From a virus: DNA of 64,000 nucleotides. Under the pieces are notes generated by a model. The model was not told the origin of the DNA and ran no database searches. It saw nothing but the letters and a program-made list of their open reading frames with translations. The translations under genes were made by a program, and so were the position numbers. The DNA lies in IMG/VR virus record IMGVR_UViG_3300046806_000356, positions 55,600 to 119,599 of that record; one strand, written 5' to 3'. Position 1 is the first letter of the stretch. Each line of letters begins with the position of its first letter. This document shows, in pieces, positions 45,513 to 56,167 of the stretch.

Positions 45513-47051
45513 ATGAACGAAGCAACATTCACGCATAAAACACCTCATTTAAAAAAATCACAACATCAATTAGATCCAAATCTTCAACTTAAACATCTTG
45601 TTCACCATTCTGTTGTTCAATATGTTGATAGGGATGCTGATGGTGATGTTGACGCATATGATAACCCAAAGAAAAATACTCCAGATGAAAATGTTTCCAG
45701 TGCAGTAAAAGCACAAGAATATTCATCTAAACTAATTGCAAAACAAAAAGGTGAATTAAAACATACTAGAAGAGGTATGGCTTACGAAGAAACTGCTGAA
45801 GTAAGATATTGTCCAGCATGTAAAAAAAGTGAAATAAGAGAAGAGTGTAAATATGGAGCAAAATATTGGGATATGTTTTCTCAAGCAATAAATTTAGCAG
45901 AACCATTAACCACAAACCAATTAAAATATAATCCCAATAGACCTCATCCAGCAAATGAGGAGAAAGATCACGAATATTCAATGGCTCGTTCTGAAATATC
46001 CACAATTATCAATGCGGCAAATAGATTAAAGAAAAAAATGAAAGGTGAAGGTAATATTGAAGCCTGGGTCCAATCAAAGATTACAAAGGCAGCAGACTAT
46101 ATTGATACTGCGGCAGATTATATTGATAGTGGAGAAAGTAAAGTTAATGAGGATGTAACAATTGAAGACGCAAACGGTAATACCTTTCTTCGGATTATTG
46201 ATATCATCAAAGCAGACCGTCTTGTAAAAGAAGCAAAGTCCGGTGATCAAGGTCTTCGTGATTGGTTTGGAAAATCAAAATCATCCACAGGAAAAAAAGG
46301 GTGGGTTCAACTTGGTGGAAAATTTGCAGGAGAACCTTGTGCCCGTCAAGAAGGACAAACTTCTACACCAAAATGTGGTAGTTCAAAAATGGCAGCAAAT
46401 CTTTCACCCGAAGAAGAAGAAAAGGCAAGAAGAAGAAAAAATCGTTTGGATCCAAATCAACCACAAAAATCTGGTGCTTCAAAACCAACGAATGTAAGGA
46501 CCGAAGAAATTAATATCCAAGAGGTAAAAGACAAAGCAGGAAAGGGTAGTGGTAAAAAAGATGCTTGCTATAATAAAGTAAAATCTCGTTACGATGTTTG
46601 GCCATCTGCATATGCTTCTGGAGCACTTGTCAAATGTCGTAAAGTTGGTGCTACTAATTGGGGTACAAAATCAGAAGATTGTTGGGATGGTTATAAGCAA
46701 GAAGGTATGAAGAAGAAAGGTAAAAAAATAGTCCCAAATTGTGTCCCCAAAGAAGGAAAATCTTTCGATTCTTTTATAAGTGAAGCATCTGCTGCTTGGC
46801 AAAGAAAAGAGGGAAAGAATCCTGAGGGTGGTCTAAATAAAAAAGGAATTGCTTCTTATCGCAAAGAGAATCCTGGATCAAAATTACAGACTGCGGTTAC
46901 GACAGAACCATCAAAATTAAAACCAGGTTCAAAGGATGCAAATCGTAGAAAATCATTCTGTGCTCGCATGGGTGGAATGCCTGGTCCTATGAAAGATGAA
47001 AAGGGTCGTCCAACAAGAAAAGCATTATCCTTAAGAAAGTGGAATTGTTAA
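45513..47051 (+). CDS. Multi-module basic hypothetical protein (DUF6321-like C-terminus)
   Basis: Concatenated modules: EAWVQSKITKAADY, GLRDWFG, DACYNKVKSRY..WPSAYASG, CWDGY..VPNCVP, AWQRKEGKNPEGGLN..RKWNC. Confidence 0.75.
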   Translation: MNEATFTHKTPHLKKSQHQLDPNLQLKHLVHHSVVQYVDRDADGDVDAYDNPKKNTPDENVSSAVKAQEYSSKLIAKQKGELKHTRRGMAYEETAEVRYCPACKKSEIREECKYGAKYWDMFSQAINLAEPLTTNQLKYNPNRPHPANEEKDHEYSMARSEISTIINAANRLKKKMKGEGNIEAWVQSKITKAADYIDTAADYIDSGESKVNEDVTIEDANGNTFLRIIDIIKADRLVKEAKSGDQGLRDWFGKSKSSTGKKGWVQLGGKFAGEPCARQEGQTSTPKCGSSKMAANLSPEEEEKARRRKNRLDPNQPQKSGASKPTNVRTEEINIQEVKDKAGKGSGKKDACYNKVKSRYDVWPSAYASGALVKCRKVGATNWGTKSEDCWDGYKQEGMKKKGKKIVPNCVPKEGKSFDSFISEASAAWQRKEGKNPEGGLNKKGIASYRKENPGSKLQTAVTTEPSKLKPGSKDANRRKSFCARMGGMPGPMKDEKGRPTRKALSLRKWNC

Positions 47052-47085
47052 TATATCATCAGAATTATGAAAACTTATAAAAATT

Positions 47086-48735
47086 ATGTCTGATAACATC
47101 TACTTAGGTAATCCAAATTTAAAACGGGCAAATACTCAGATCGAGTTTACTGAAGAACAAATCTATGAGTTCTTAAAGTGTAAAGAAGATCCTGTATATT
47201 TTACACTCAATTATATTAAGATTGTTACACTTGACCACGGACTACAGCCTTTTAGAATGTATCCGTTTCAAGAGAAGTTAATTAGTAACTTCCACGAGCA
47301 CAGATTTAATATTTGTAAGATGCCTCGTCAAACAGGTAAGTCCACTACTTGTGTCTCATATCTATTACATTATGCAGTCTTTAACGATAATGTAAATATT
47401 GCTATTCTGGCAAACAAGGCATCTACGGCAAGAGACCTTCTGGGAAGATTACAACTTGCTTATGAGAATCTGCCGAAGTGGATGCAGCAAGGCATTCTAT
47501 CGTGGAACAAAGGTTCATTAGAATTGGAAAATGGGTCAAAAATTTCTGCAAACTCCACTTCTTCATCTGCCGTTCGTGGTGGTTCATACAATATCATCTT
47601 CTTGGACGAATTTGCGTTCATTCCAAATCACATTGCCGATGACTTCTTTGCATCGGTTTATCCTACTATTTCTTCCGGTCAAAGCACAAAGGTCATTATT
47701 GTTTCCACTCCACGTGGTATGAATCACTTCTACCGCATGTGGCATGACTCTGAGAGGGGTAAGAATGCATATGTGGCTACGGATGTCCATTGGTCCGAAG
47801 TGCCCGGTAGAGACGCAGCATGGAAGGAACAGACGATTGCAAACACAAGTGAGCAGCAATTTAAGGTTGAATTTGAATGTGAATTTTTAGGTTCTGTAAA
47901 TACTCTCATCAATCCATCAAAACTACGAAATCTTGTATATGAAGATCCAATTAAGAGAAATGCTGGACTGGATGTTTATGAAGAAGCAAAGCAAGATAAT
48001 AACTATCTAATCACAGTCGATGTGGCAAGAGGAATTGGTAATGATTATTCGGCATTTATTGTTTATGACATTACAAACTTTCCATATAAGGTTGTGGCAA
48101 AGTATAGAAATAATGAAATTAAACCAATGATGTTTCCAAGCATCATTCACCAAGTAGCAAAGGGTTATAATGATGCCTGGTTATTAATTGAGGTCAACGA
48201 TATCGGAGACCAGGTGGCAAGTATTCTGCAATATGATCTTGAGTATGATAATGTATTAATGTGTGCCATGAGGGGTCGTGCAGGGCAGATTGTGGGGTCT
48301 GGTTTCTCTGGTAAGAAATCACAACTTGGTGTGAGAATGACTGCAGCAGTCAAAAAATTGGGATGTTCAAATTTAAAAACATTAATGGAAGATGATAAAC
48401 TTCTTACTGTTGATTATGATATTATTTCCGAACTAACAACTTTTGCTCAACGACACAATTCATTTGAAGCAGAAGAAGGTTGTAATGATGACTTGGCAAT
48501 GTGCTTGGTTATTTTTTCTTGGTTAGTAGCACAGGACTACTTTAAAGAAATGACAGATAATGATGTCCGTAAGAGAATTTATGAAGAACAAAAAAATCAG
48601 ATTGAGCAGGATATGTCTCCATTTGGTTTTATCTCTGATGGTATCGATGAAATAACAAGTTTTGTAGATGATGACGGTGATAGATGGTATACAGATGAAT
48701 ATGGAGATCGATCATATATGTGGGATTATATTTGA
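47086..48735 (+). CDS. gp17: Terminase large subunit
   Basis: MPRQTGKST Walker A, FLDEFAF Walker B, DVARG, DDLAM nuclease motifs; uninterrupted. Confidence 0.97.
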   Translation: MSDNIYLGNPNLKRANTQIEFTEEQIYEFLKCKEDPVYFTLNYIKIVTLDHGLQPFRMYPFQEKLISNFHEHRFNICKMPRQTGKSTTCVSYLLHYAVFNDNVNIAILANKASTARDLLGRLQLAYENLPKWMQQGILSWNKGSLELENGSKISANSTSSSAVRGGSYNIIFLDEFAFIPNHIADDFFASVYPTISSGQSTKVIIVSTPRGMNHFYRMWHDSERGKNAYVATDVHWSEVPGRDAAWKEQTIANTSEQQFKVEFECEFLGSVNTLINPSKLRNLVYEDPIKRNAGLDVYEEAKQDNNYLITVDVARGIGNDYSAFIVYDITNFPYKVVAKYRNNEIKPMMFPSIIHQVAKGYNDAWLLIEVNDIGDQVASILQYDLEYDNVLMCAMRGRAGQIVGSGFSGKKSQLGVRMTAAVKKLGCSNLKTLMEDDKLLTVDYDIISELTTFAQRHNSFEAEEGCNDDLAMCLVIFSWLVAQDYFKEMTDNDVRKRIYEEQKNQIEQDMSPFGFISDGIDEITSFVDDDGDRWYTDEYGDRSYMWDYI

Positions 48736-48965
48736 TGGATTTAAATGACCAATTAGAATTAGAACATTTATTATTTTTTGATAGAAAATGTAGGGTTTGT
48801 AGAAAAGTAAAAAGTTTAATGGATGATTTTTATTTAACTAGAAAAAATAGATCAACATTTGTATCAGCATATTCGTATGAGTGCAAAGACTGCACAATTA
48901 AAAGAATTACTGAGGATAGAAGATCTAAAGAAATTTTTACAAAGTGGGAATATCCTGACTGGTAA
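48735..48965 (+). CDS. Small zinc-finger protein
   Basis: CRVC...CKDC; YSYEC; EYPDW terminus. Confidence 0.7.
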   Translation: MDLNDQLELEHLLFFDRKCRVCRKVKSLMDDFYLTRKNRSTFVSAYSYECKDCTIKRITEDRRSKEIFTKWEYPDW

Positions 48966-49049
48966 TATTGTTCACGTATTGTTTCCCCGTTAGAATAAGT
49001 AGTTTTAATAAATATTTGTAGGTAAATTTGGATTGCGAGGGGAATTAAG

Positions 49050-51482
49050 ATGCCACTAAATTTAGCATCTCCTGGAATTGTAGTAAGAGAAGTGGATTTA
49101 ACTGTTGGAAGAGTTGATCCAACATCTGATAAAATTGGTGCGATTGTAGCACCTTTTGAAAAAGGTCCAGTAGAACTGCCAACACTCGTTCAGAGTGAAA
49201 AAGACTTATTGGATATTTTTGGCAAATCATACTCAACAGATAAGCACTATGAGTATTGGTTAACGGCATCATCGTTCTTAGCTTACGGTGGAGCTTTACG
49301 TGTTATAAGAGCAGATGACAGCAATTTTGTAAATGCTGGAGTAGGAAACACCGTCGTAAAAATTAAAAGCATCGAACATTATGAGCAACTGGGTTATGAT
49401 GAGAACGTAATTGCTGGAGTTGTCGTTGTTGCCAAAAACCCAGGTTCATGGGCAAATGGATTGAGAGTAGGTATTATTGATGCCAAGGCAGATCAAATTA
49501 TTGGAATTGCTACAACAGCAGTTACTAGTTTTTCTGCAACAGTTAGCGACAGAAGTGGTATTCTTATTGGTTCTGCCAGCACAATCGGAATCGTTACTAC
49601 ATCACCAGCAATTACTGTTGGGCAGGTAGTTAGATGTGATGTAGGTGGAGTAGTTTCTACTGGAACAACAGTTACAACAGTTGGAGCAGGAGTAATTACA
49701 ATATCAAATGCTTCACTTCAAACAGCAACTGTAACAACAACGTTTGATTTTGGAACTGAAACAATCATCACAGCACCTCTTTCAGTTGGGTACGGAATCA
49801 CTCAGTCAGTTGCTAACAAAGTAAATCCTGGAGTAGGAACAACTACACTCTTAACTGGTTATTTAAAAGGTATCATTACCGAAATTGGATCTTCACAAGT
49901 TGCAGTAAAAGTTCTTACTCATGTTTCTGCTGCAGGAACCGAAACTGCTGTTGATTATCAACCATCGGGAGTTTGGGCGTTTAATACCACCAATGTAGTA
50001 GGAATTGCTACCAATGGTCAAGCATCTACATATGGAACTGCTACAGTAACATCAACATCAGATTGGTTTGATCAACAAAATCTGGTTGTAAGTACAGCAG
50101 TTGTTGGTGGAGCAACAACAGAAGTATCAATTAAGTGGAATACTGTTGCAGATAGACCTTCAACTTCATCATATGCTGATGCAAGAGGTTCTAGATTTGA
50201 TGAGGTTCATGTTGTAGTTATTGACGGTGATGGAAAGGTCACTGGCAATGCAGGAACCATTCTTGAAAAGCATCTTTCACTATCGAAAGCAAAAGATGCA
50301 GAATATTCTGCAGGATCTCAATCTTATTGGAGAAAATATCTTGCAGAAAACTCAGCATTTATTTTTGGTGGATCTCAACCATCAGGAACTGTACAAACAG
50401 GATATTCCACAGGTTTCACTCTTGTAACAGATAATGCTTGGGATCAAGAGGCTGAGGGTGCAGTTTTCAATGCAATCGGTGCATATAATCAAAAATTAAG
50501 TGGTGGTGCCGATTATAATGGTAAAACAGGTATTGGATCAACTGAGGCACTTTTAGTAGATCTTGATAAAATTGTAACAGGTTATGGTTTATTGGAAAAT
50601 ACAGAAAATTATACTGTAGATTTTCTTTTGATGGGATCTGCAAATTATACAAAAGAGGAGGGGCAAGCACTTGCAAATAAATTAATTGCAGTTGCAGAAG
50701 CAAGAAAAGATGCTGTGGCATTCATTTCACCATATAGAAAAGCATTCTTAACCGATACAAGTGTTGGGACCGTAACTGTAGAAAATGACGACACTGTTAC
50801 TACTAATGTCATTGGTTTTTATGCACCAGTAACTTCATCATCGTATGCAGTTTTTGATAGTGGTTATAAGTACATGTATGATAGATTTGCCAATACATTC
50901 AGATATGTTCCACTCAATGGAGATATTGCCGGTCTTTGTGCTCGTAATGACATTAATAATTTTCCTTGGTTCTCGCCCGCAGGAACATCCAGAGGAGCAA
51001 TTCTTAATGCAGTAAAACTTGCATATAATCCATCAAAAACACAAAGAGATCGTCTCTATTCAAATAGAATTAACCCAGTAATCTTCTCACCTGGTTCTGG
51101 AATTATTTTATTTGGTGATAAAACTGGATTTGCAAAAGCTTCAGCATTTGATAGAATTAATGTTCGTCGTCTCTTTATCTATCTTGAAGATGCGATTTCT
51201 GCCGCAGCAAAGGATCAACTTTTTGAATTTAATGATGAAATTACAAGAACCAATTTTGTAAATATTATTGAACCATTCCTTCGTGATGTTCAAGCAAAGA
51301 GGGGAATTTTTGATTACGTTGTAATTTGTGATGAAACAAATAATACTGCTGCTATTATTGATAATAATGAATTTGTTGCTGACATTTATATCAAACCAGC
51401 AAGGTCAATTAACTTTATTGGCCTCACCTTTGTTGCCACCAGAACTGGTGTTGCTTTTGAAGAAGTAATTGGTAACGTTTAA
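49050..51482 (+). CDS. gp18: Tail sheath protein
   Basis: LASPGIVVREVDLT, PWFSPAG, FDRINVRRLF, IKPARSINFI. Confidence 0.96.
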   Translation: MPLNLASPGIVVREVDLTVGRVDPTSDKIGAIVAPFEKGPVELPTLVQSEKDLLDIFGKSYSTDKHYEYWLTASSFLAYGGALRVIRADDSNFVNAGVGNTVVKIKSIEHYEQLGYDENVIAGVVVVAKNPGSWANGLRVGIIDAKADQIIGIATTAVTSFSATVSDRSGILIGSASTIGIVTTSPAITVGQVVRCDVGGVVSTGTTVTTVGAGVITISNASLQTATVTTTFDFGTETIITAPLSVGYGITQSVANKVNPGVGTTTLLTGYLKGIITEIGSSQVAVKVLTHVSAAGTETAVDYQPSGVWAFNTTNVVGIATNGQASTYGTATVTSTSDWFDQQNLVVSTAVVGGATTEVSIKWNTVADRPSTSSYADARGSRFDEVHVVVIDGDGKVTGNAGTILEKHLSLSKAKDAEYSAGSQSYWRKYLAENSAFIFGGSQPSGTVQTGYSTGFTLVTDNAWDQEAEGAVFNAIGAYNQKLSGGADYNGKTGIGSTEALLVDLDKIVTGYGLLENTENYTVDFLLMGSANYTKEEGQALANKLIAVAEARKDAVAFISPYRKAFLTDTSVGTVTVENDDTVTTNVIGFYAPVTSSSYAVFDSGYKYMYDRFANTFRYVPLNGDIAGLCARNDINNFPWFSPAGTSRGAILNAVKLAYNPSKTQRDRLYSNRINPVIFSPGSGIILFGDKTGFAKASAFDRINVRRLFIYLEDAISAAAKDQLFEFNDEITRTNFVNIIEPFLRDVQAKRGIFDYVVICDETNNTAAIIDNNEFVADIYIKPARSINFIGLTFVATRTGVAFEEVIGNV

Positions 51483-51505
51483 TTAATTTAGAGGTTTAAA
51501 CAACT

Positions 51506-52099
51506 ATGGCAACTCGTCAACAACAAAACCCAATCCCACTCAGAAAAATTACTGATTTCAAGAGTAAGTTATCTGGTGGTGGAGCAAGACCCAATCTTTT
51601 TGAAGTTCAATTAGCATTTCCCAATAGTGTTGCTATTGGTGATGATGTACTTGAAAAATCAAGATTTCTTGTTAAAGCTGCTGCTTTACCAGCATCCAAT
51701 GTAACTCCGATTGATGTTCCTTTTAGAGGTCGTATTTTAAAAATTGCTGGAGACAGAACCTTCGATACCTGGACCATCACGGTCATTAATGATACCGATT
51801 TTTCTATTCGTTCTGCTTTTGAATCGTGGATGAACATCATTAATAAAATGTCAGATGCAACTGGTCTCACAGATCCAGTAGACTATCAGAAAGATGCTAC
51901 TGTTCATCAGTTAGATCGTGATGGTGAAATTTTGAGATCGTACAAGTTTTGGGACATTTTTCCAACCAATATTTCTACGATTGATCTGAGTTATGAAACC
52001 ACAGATACAATTGAAGAGTTTACAGTAGAACTACAAGTACAGTGGTGGGAGGCTTATAAAGGAAATTCAACCAATGCAGGTGGTGAAGATATAACCTAA
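51506..52099 (+). CDS. gp19: Tail tube protein
   Basis: GGARPNLFEV, VPFRGRILKIAGDRTFDTW. Confidence 0.95.
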   Translation: MATRQQQNPIPLRKITDFKSKLSGGGARPNLFEVQLAFPNSVAIGDDVLEKSRFLVKAAALPASNVTPIDVPFRGRILKIAGDRTFDTWTITVINDTDFSIRSAFESWMNIINKMSDATGLTDPVDYQKDATVHQLDRDGEILRSYKFWDIFPTNISTIDLSYETTDTIEEFTVELQVQWWEAYKGNSTNAGGEDIT

Positions 52100-52129
52100 A
52101 TAGTAGAATAATATTTTAAACTCTATAAT

Positions 52130-53803
52130 ATGACAAAACTTTTTGGTTTTTCTATTGATGATAATCAAAACAAATCACCTTCAGTAATATCCCCCGTTCC
52201 TCAAACCAATGAGGACGGGGTTGATAATTATATTGCTAGTGGTTTTTATGGATCATATGTAGATATTGAAGGTGTTTATAGAACAGAGCATGATTTAATT
52301 AGAAGATATCGTGAAATGGCTCTTCACCCAGAATGTGACGGTGCTATTGAAGACGTTGTGAATGAAGCAATAGTTAGTGATTTGTATGATTCTCCAGTAG
52401 AAATTGAATTATCAAATTTAAATGCAAGTGATAAATTAAAGAAAGTAATTAGAGAAGAATTTAAATATCTGAAAGAAATTTTAGATTTTGATAGAAAATC
52501 TCACGAAATTTTTAGAAATTGGTACGTTGACGGGAGAATTTATTATTTAAAAGTTATAGATACAAAAAATCCTCAGTCGGGTATTCAGGATCTTAGATAT
52601 ATTGATCCTATGAAGATGAAATATATCCGACAAGAAAAAAAAATGGATAAAAGAGATGTTTCTACTTATAACTATAATAGAAATAGCAGAGATGAACCAG
52701 TAGTAGAACCAGAACTTGATGAATACTTTTTATATACACCAAAACCAAATTATCCATCTGGTACTATTTCTGGATCTGGTAAAGGATCAGTAAAAATTGC
52801 AAAAGATTCAATTACATACTGCAGTTCTGGACTTATAGACCGAAACAAAGGAACAGTACTTTCATATCTCCATAAAGCAATCAAGGCACTCAATCAACTT
52901 AGAATGATTGAGGATTCTCTTGTAATTTACAGACTATCACGTGCTCCAGAACGTAGAATTTTCTATATTGACGTTGGCAATCTTCCAAAAGTAAAGGCAG
53001 AACAGTACCTCAAAGAGGTTATGTCTCGTTATAGAAATAAACTTGTTTATGATGCGAACACTGGAGAAGTTCGTGATGATCGCAAATTTATGTCTATGAT
53101 GGAAGATTTCTGGTTACCAAGAAGAGAAGGTGGTCGTGGAACCGAAATCACAACTCTTCCCGGTGGTCAGAATCTTGGAGAACTTACAGATATTGAGTAT
53201 TTCCAAAAGAAACTTTATAGAGCACTGGGTGTTCCAGAATCTAGAATTGCTTCTGATGGTGGATTTAATTTAGGAAGATCGTCAGAAATTTTAAGAGATG
53301 AACTTAAATTTGCCAAGTTTGTTGGACGTTTGAGAAAAAGATTTGCTCAGATGTTTAATGACATGCTTCGTACACAATTGATTTTGAAAAATATTGTTTC
53401 TCCAGAAGACTGGCAAGTGATGGCAGATCATATTCAATATGATTTCCTATATGACAATCAATTTGCAGAATTAAAGGAATCAGAACTGTTGAACGAAAGA
53501 CTTGGAACTCTTGCCACTATCGAACCATATATTGGAAAGTATTATTCCACAGAATGGGTCCGTAGGAAAGTTCTTCGTCAAACTGATTCGGAAATGATTG
53601 AAATAGATGAGCAAATAGAAAAAGAAATTGAAGATGGAATTATACCAGATCCAAGTGCTATTGATCCTATTACTGGAGAACCATTACCTCAAGAGGGGGG
53701 AGTAGATACTTTAGGTAATATTCCACAAGAACCAGATTTAACTGATCAAGCATCATCAACAAATGCCAATTTACAAAAAGATACTAAAAAGGCAGAAATA
53801 TAA
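52130..53803 (+). CDS. gp20: Portal vertex protein
   Basis: IYRLSRAPERRIFYIDVGNLP, EDFWLPRREGGRGTEITTLPGG. Confidence 0.97.
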   Translation: MTKLFGFSIDDNQNKSPSVISPVPQTNEDGVDNYIASGFYGSYVDIEGVYRTEHDLIRRYREMALHPECDGAIEDVVNEAIVSDLYDSPVEIELSNLNASDKLKKVIREEFKYLKEILDFDRKSHEIFRNWYVDGRIYYLKVIDTKNPQSGIQDLRYIDPMKMKYIRQEKKMDKRDVSTYNYNRNSRDEPVVEPELDEYFLYTPKPNYPSGTISGSGKGSVKIAKDSITYCSSGLIDRNKGTVLSYLHKAIKALNQLRMIEDSLVIYRLSRAPERRIFYIDVGNLPKVKAEQYLKEVMSRYRNKLVYDANTGEVRDDRKFMSMMEDFWLPRREGGRGTEITTLPGGQNLGELTDIEYFQKKLYRALGVPESRIASDGGFNLGRSSEILRDELKFAKFVGRLRKRFAQMFNDMLRTQLILKNIVSPEDWQVMADHIQYDFLYDNQFAELKESELLNERLGTLATIEPYIGKYYSTEWVRRKVLRQTDSEMIEIDEQIEKEIEDGIIPDPSAIDPITGEPLPQEGGVDTLGNIPQEPDLTDQASSTNANLQKDTKKAEI

Positions 53804-53806
53804 ATA
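53799..53806 (+). promoter_or_regulatory. T4-type late promoter
   Basis: TATAAATA. Confidence 0.7.
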
Positions 53807-53831
53807 CATCTATAAACAGTATTAAAATTTT

Positions 53832-53999
53832 ATGGAAGAACTTGCAAATTTGATTGGTACAGATTCCTCAGCATCACAAATTGCTGATGTTATTAAGAAT
53901 GCATTATTTGTAAAAGCATCTGAGAGAGTTGAAAGTCTGAGGTCAGTAGTTGCGAATGGAATGTTTAATCAAGACGGATCAGATACGGGAGAAGAATAA
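53832..53999 (+). CDS. Small prohead core protein (gp67-like position; not in ORF track)
   Basis: MEELANLIGTDSSASQIADVIKNALFVKASERVESLRSVVANGMF...*; synteny after gp20. Confidence 0.65.
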   Translation: MEELANLIGTDSSASQIADVIKNALFVKASERVESLRSVVANGMFNQDGSDTGEE

Positions 54000-54265
54000 T
54001 GCCCATAACTAAAATGATTGCGACAGAAGTTGCAACTGGAACTACAACAGGAGCTGCTTCAAGCATATCTCAAGCAACTTGCGTCAGACTTTATAATAAT
54101 AGTGGTGGTATTGCAACGGTTGGCATTTCAACATTAGTTGGTGCCGCAACAACCATTTTCTTTACTATGCCATCAAATTCTGTTGAATTTTTAACAAAAC
54201 TTCCATCTGATGTCATTTTTACAACTCCGACAATCAGAGTAGCAAAAGTAGGATTTACCAATTAA
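53999..54265 (+). CDS. Conserved hypothetical protein
   Basis: ATCVRLYN, AKVGFTN; between gp20 and gp21. Confidence 0.75.
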   Translation: MPITKMIATEVATGTTTGAASSISQATCVRLYNNSGGIATVGISTLVGAATTIFFTMPSNSVEFLTKLPSDVIFTTPTIRVAKVGFTN

Positions 54266-54270
54266 TAAAG

Positions 54271-54921
54271 ATGAAACTCATCACAGAAGAAGTATCACAA
54301 GTTAAGTTTATCACCGAAGGAAAAGGTGCTGCAAAAAAAATGTATATTGAGGGAGTTTTCCTTCAAGGTGATATCTGCAATCGTAACGGCAGAATGTATC
54401 CAATGCAAACTCTTGCAAAAGAAGTAGCAAGATATAATGAAGCATTTGTCAATAAAGGTCGTGCTCTTGGAGAACTTGGACATCCTGATGGTCCTACCGT
54501 CAATCTTGATCGTGTTTCTCATAAAATTGTTTCTCTTGAACAAAAAGGAAGCAATTTTTTTGGTAAGGCACAACTTCTCGAAACTCCAATGGGTAAGATT
54601 GCAAAATCTCTTATTGGTGAAGGAGTTATGCTTGGTGTTTCTTCTCGTGGTGTTGGTTCATTAAAGATGACCAATGAAGGTCATAAAATTGTTGGTGAAG
54701 ATTTTATGCTTGCAACTGCGGCAGATATCGTTGCCGATCCTTCTGCCCCCGATGCTTTTGTTTCGGGAATTATGGAAGGTAAGGAGTGGGTTTGGGAAGG
54801 AGGAATTCTTCGTGAGCACCTTGCATCCAAAACTCAAAGAAGAATCAACACTTTAGTTGATCAAAAAAGATTAGATGAACATAAAGTTGAATTATTCCAA
54901 GATTTCTTAGCAAATCTTTAA
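54271..54921 (+). CDS. gp21: Prohead protease
   Basis: NRNGRMYP, ALGELGHP, GVSSRGVGS, DIVADPSAPDAFV. Confidence 0.96.
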   Translation: MKLITEEVSQVKFITEGKGAAKKMYIEGVFLQGDICNRNGRMYPMQTLAKEVARYNEAFVNKGRALGELGHPDGPTVNLDRVSHKIVSLEQKGSNFFGKAQLLETPMGKIAKSLIGEGVMLGVSSRGVGSLKMTNEGHKIVGEDFMLATAADIVADPSAPDAFVSGIMEGKEWVWEGGILREHLASKTQRRINTLVDQKRLDEHKVELFQDFLANL

Positions 54922-54923
54922 TT

Positions 54924-54931
54924 TATAAATA
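54924..54931 (+). promoter_or_regulatory. T4-type late promoter
   Basis: TATAAATA before gp22. Confidence 0.75.
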
Positions 54932-54960
54932 AATATAGATTATAACACAATCATTCTAAA

Positions 54961-56121
54961 ATGTCCGTTGGTAGCAATTTACAAGAAATGGAAAACGTAG
55001 TAACCAAAGGCGCTGCTAAAGCTGAACCAATGCCAAAGTTGTCCACAGGAATTGCTCCTGGACAAACTGGATCTTGGGAAGACTTAGGTGGTCCTACTCC
55101 AGAGAATTACAAGGTTGATGACAATTCAGCAAAGCTGAAGGATCCTACCGCAACTCTTTCTCAAGTCAAAAATATTGTTAATGCTAAGGCTGCTAAGGCT
55201 GATGCAATGCAGAAACTTGCTGCTGGTGCAGTTAAGGAAGAGACTGAGGAAGACGAAGAGGACCTCATTGCTGAAGAGGAAGTTACTGAAGCAATGGAAG
55301 AAGATGAGGATGAGGAGAAAGAAACCCCTAAGAAAAAGAAAAAGGGTGAAGAGGAAGATGAGGATGAGGACGAAGATAAAATGAAGAAAGAAGAGTTTGA
55401 CATAGAAGAAGATGTCAATGCTCTTCTCGAAGGTGAGGATCTTTCTGAGGAATTCCAAGAGAAAGCACGTACTATCTTTGAAGCAGCTATTAGAACTAAA
55501 GTTGCAGAAATCAAAGAGCAAATTCAATCTCAGTATGAAGAGACTTTAATTGAAGAAATTCAATTAATTAAAGAAGAATTAACTAATCGTGCCGATGCAT
55601 ACCTTGAGTATGTTGCTGACGAGTGGATTCAAGAGAATGCACTTGCAGTTGAGCATGGCCTTAAGACTGAAATGACCGAATCATTCCTCCAAGGAATGAG
55701 AGGTCTTTTTGAAGATCATTATGTAACAATTCCTGAAGATAGATATGATGTCATCGAGAGCATGGTAGATAAACTTGATGAAATGGAAGAAAAACTCAAC
55801 GAGCAAATCGATAAGAATGTTGCTCTCAATAGAAGATTAGCCGAGTCGGTTGCCGATGTAATCTTTGCAGATGTCTCTGAGGGTCTTGCACTTTCTCAGA
55901 AGGACAAACTAGCTTCTCTTGCGGAAAATGTTGAGTTTGATGGTGAAGCAAACTATCGTGAGAAACTGGTAACTTTGAGGGAATCATACTTCCCATATAA
56001 TACTGGTACTCAAAGAAATCATTCAGAGAATCTCTCTGAAAGTACTGAATCCGTTCAACAACCAGTATCTGGTTTGATGGAGTCATATATTCAGACTCTG
56101 AATAGAGTTTCTAAAAAGTGA
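54961..56121 (+). CDS. gp22: Prohead core scaffolding protein
   Basis: Acidic coiled coil; LSEEF.EKARTIFEAA, YLEYVADEW. Confidence 0.92.
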   Translation: MSVGSNLQEMENVVTKGAAKAEPMPKLSTGIAPGQTGSWEDLGGPTPENYKVDDNSAKLKDPTATLSQVKNIVNAKAAKADAMQKLAAGAVKEETEEDEEDLIAEEEVTEAMEEDEDEEKETPKKKKKGEEEDEDEDEDKMKKEEFDIEEDVNALLEGEDLSEEFQEKARTIFEAAIRTKVAEIKEQIQSQYEETLIEEIQLIKEELTNRADAYLEYVADEWIQENALAVEHGLKTEMTESFLQGMRGLFEDHYVTIPEDRYDVIESMVDKLDEMEEKLNEQIDKNVALNRRLAESVADVIFADVSEGLALSQKDKLASLAENVEFDGEANYREKLVTLRESYFPYNTGTQRNHSENLSESTESVQQPVSGLMESYIQTLNRVSKK

Positions 56122-56167
56122 TTTATAAATTATAGTCAAACTAACTTTTTTTAAGAGGTAAATTCAA

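Noticed and set aside
55126-55527. Ser/Phe-rich minus-strand ORFs
   Set aside because: Mirror of the Glu/Asp/Lys-rich tract of gp22
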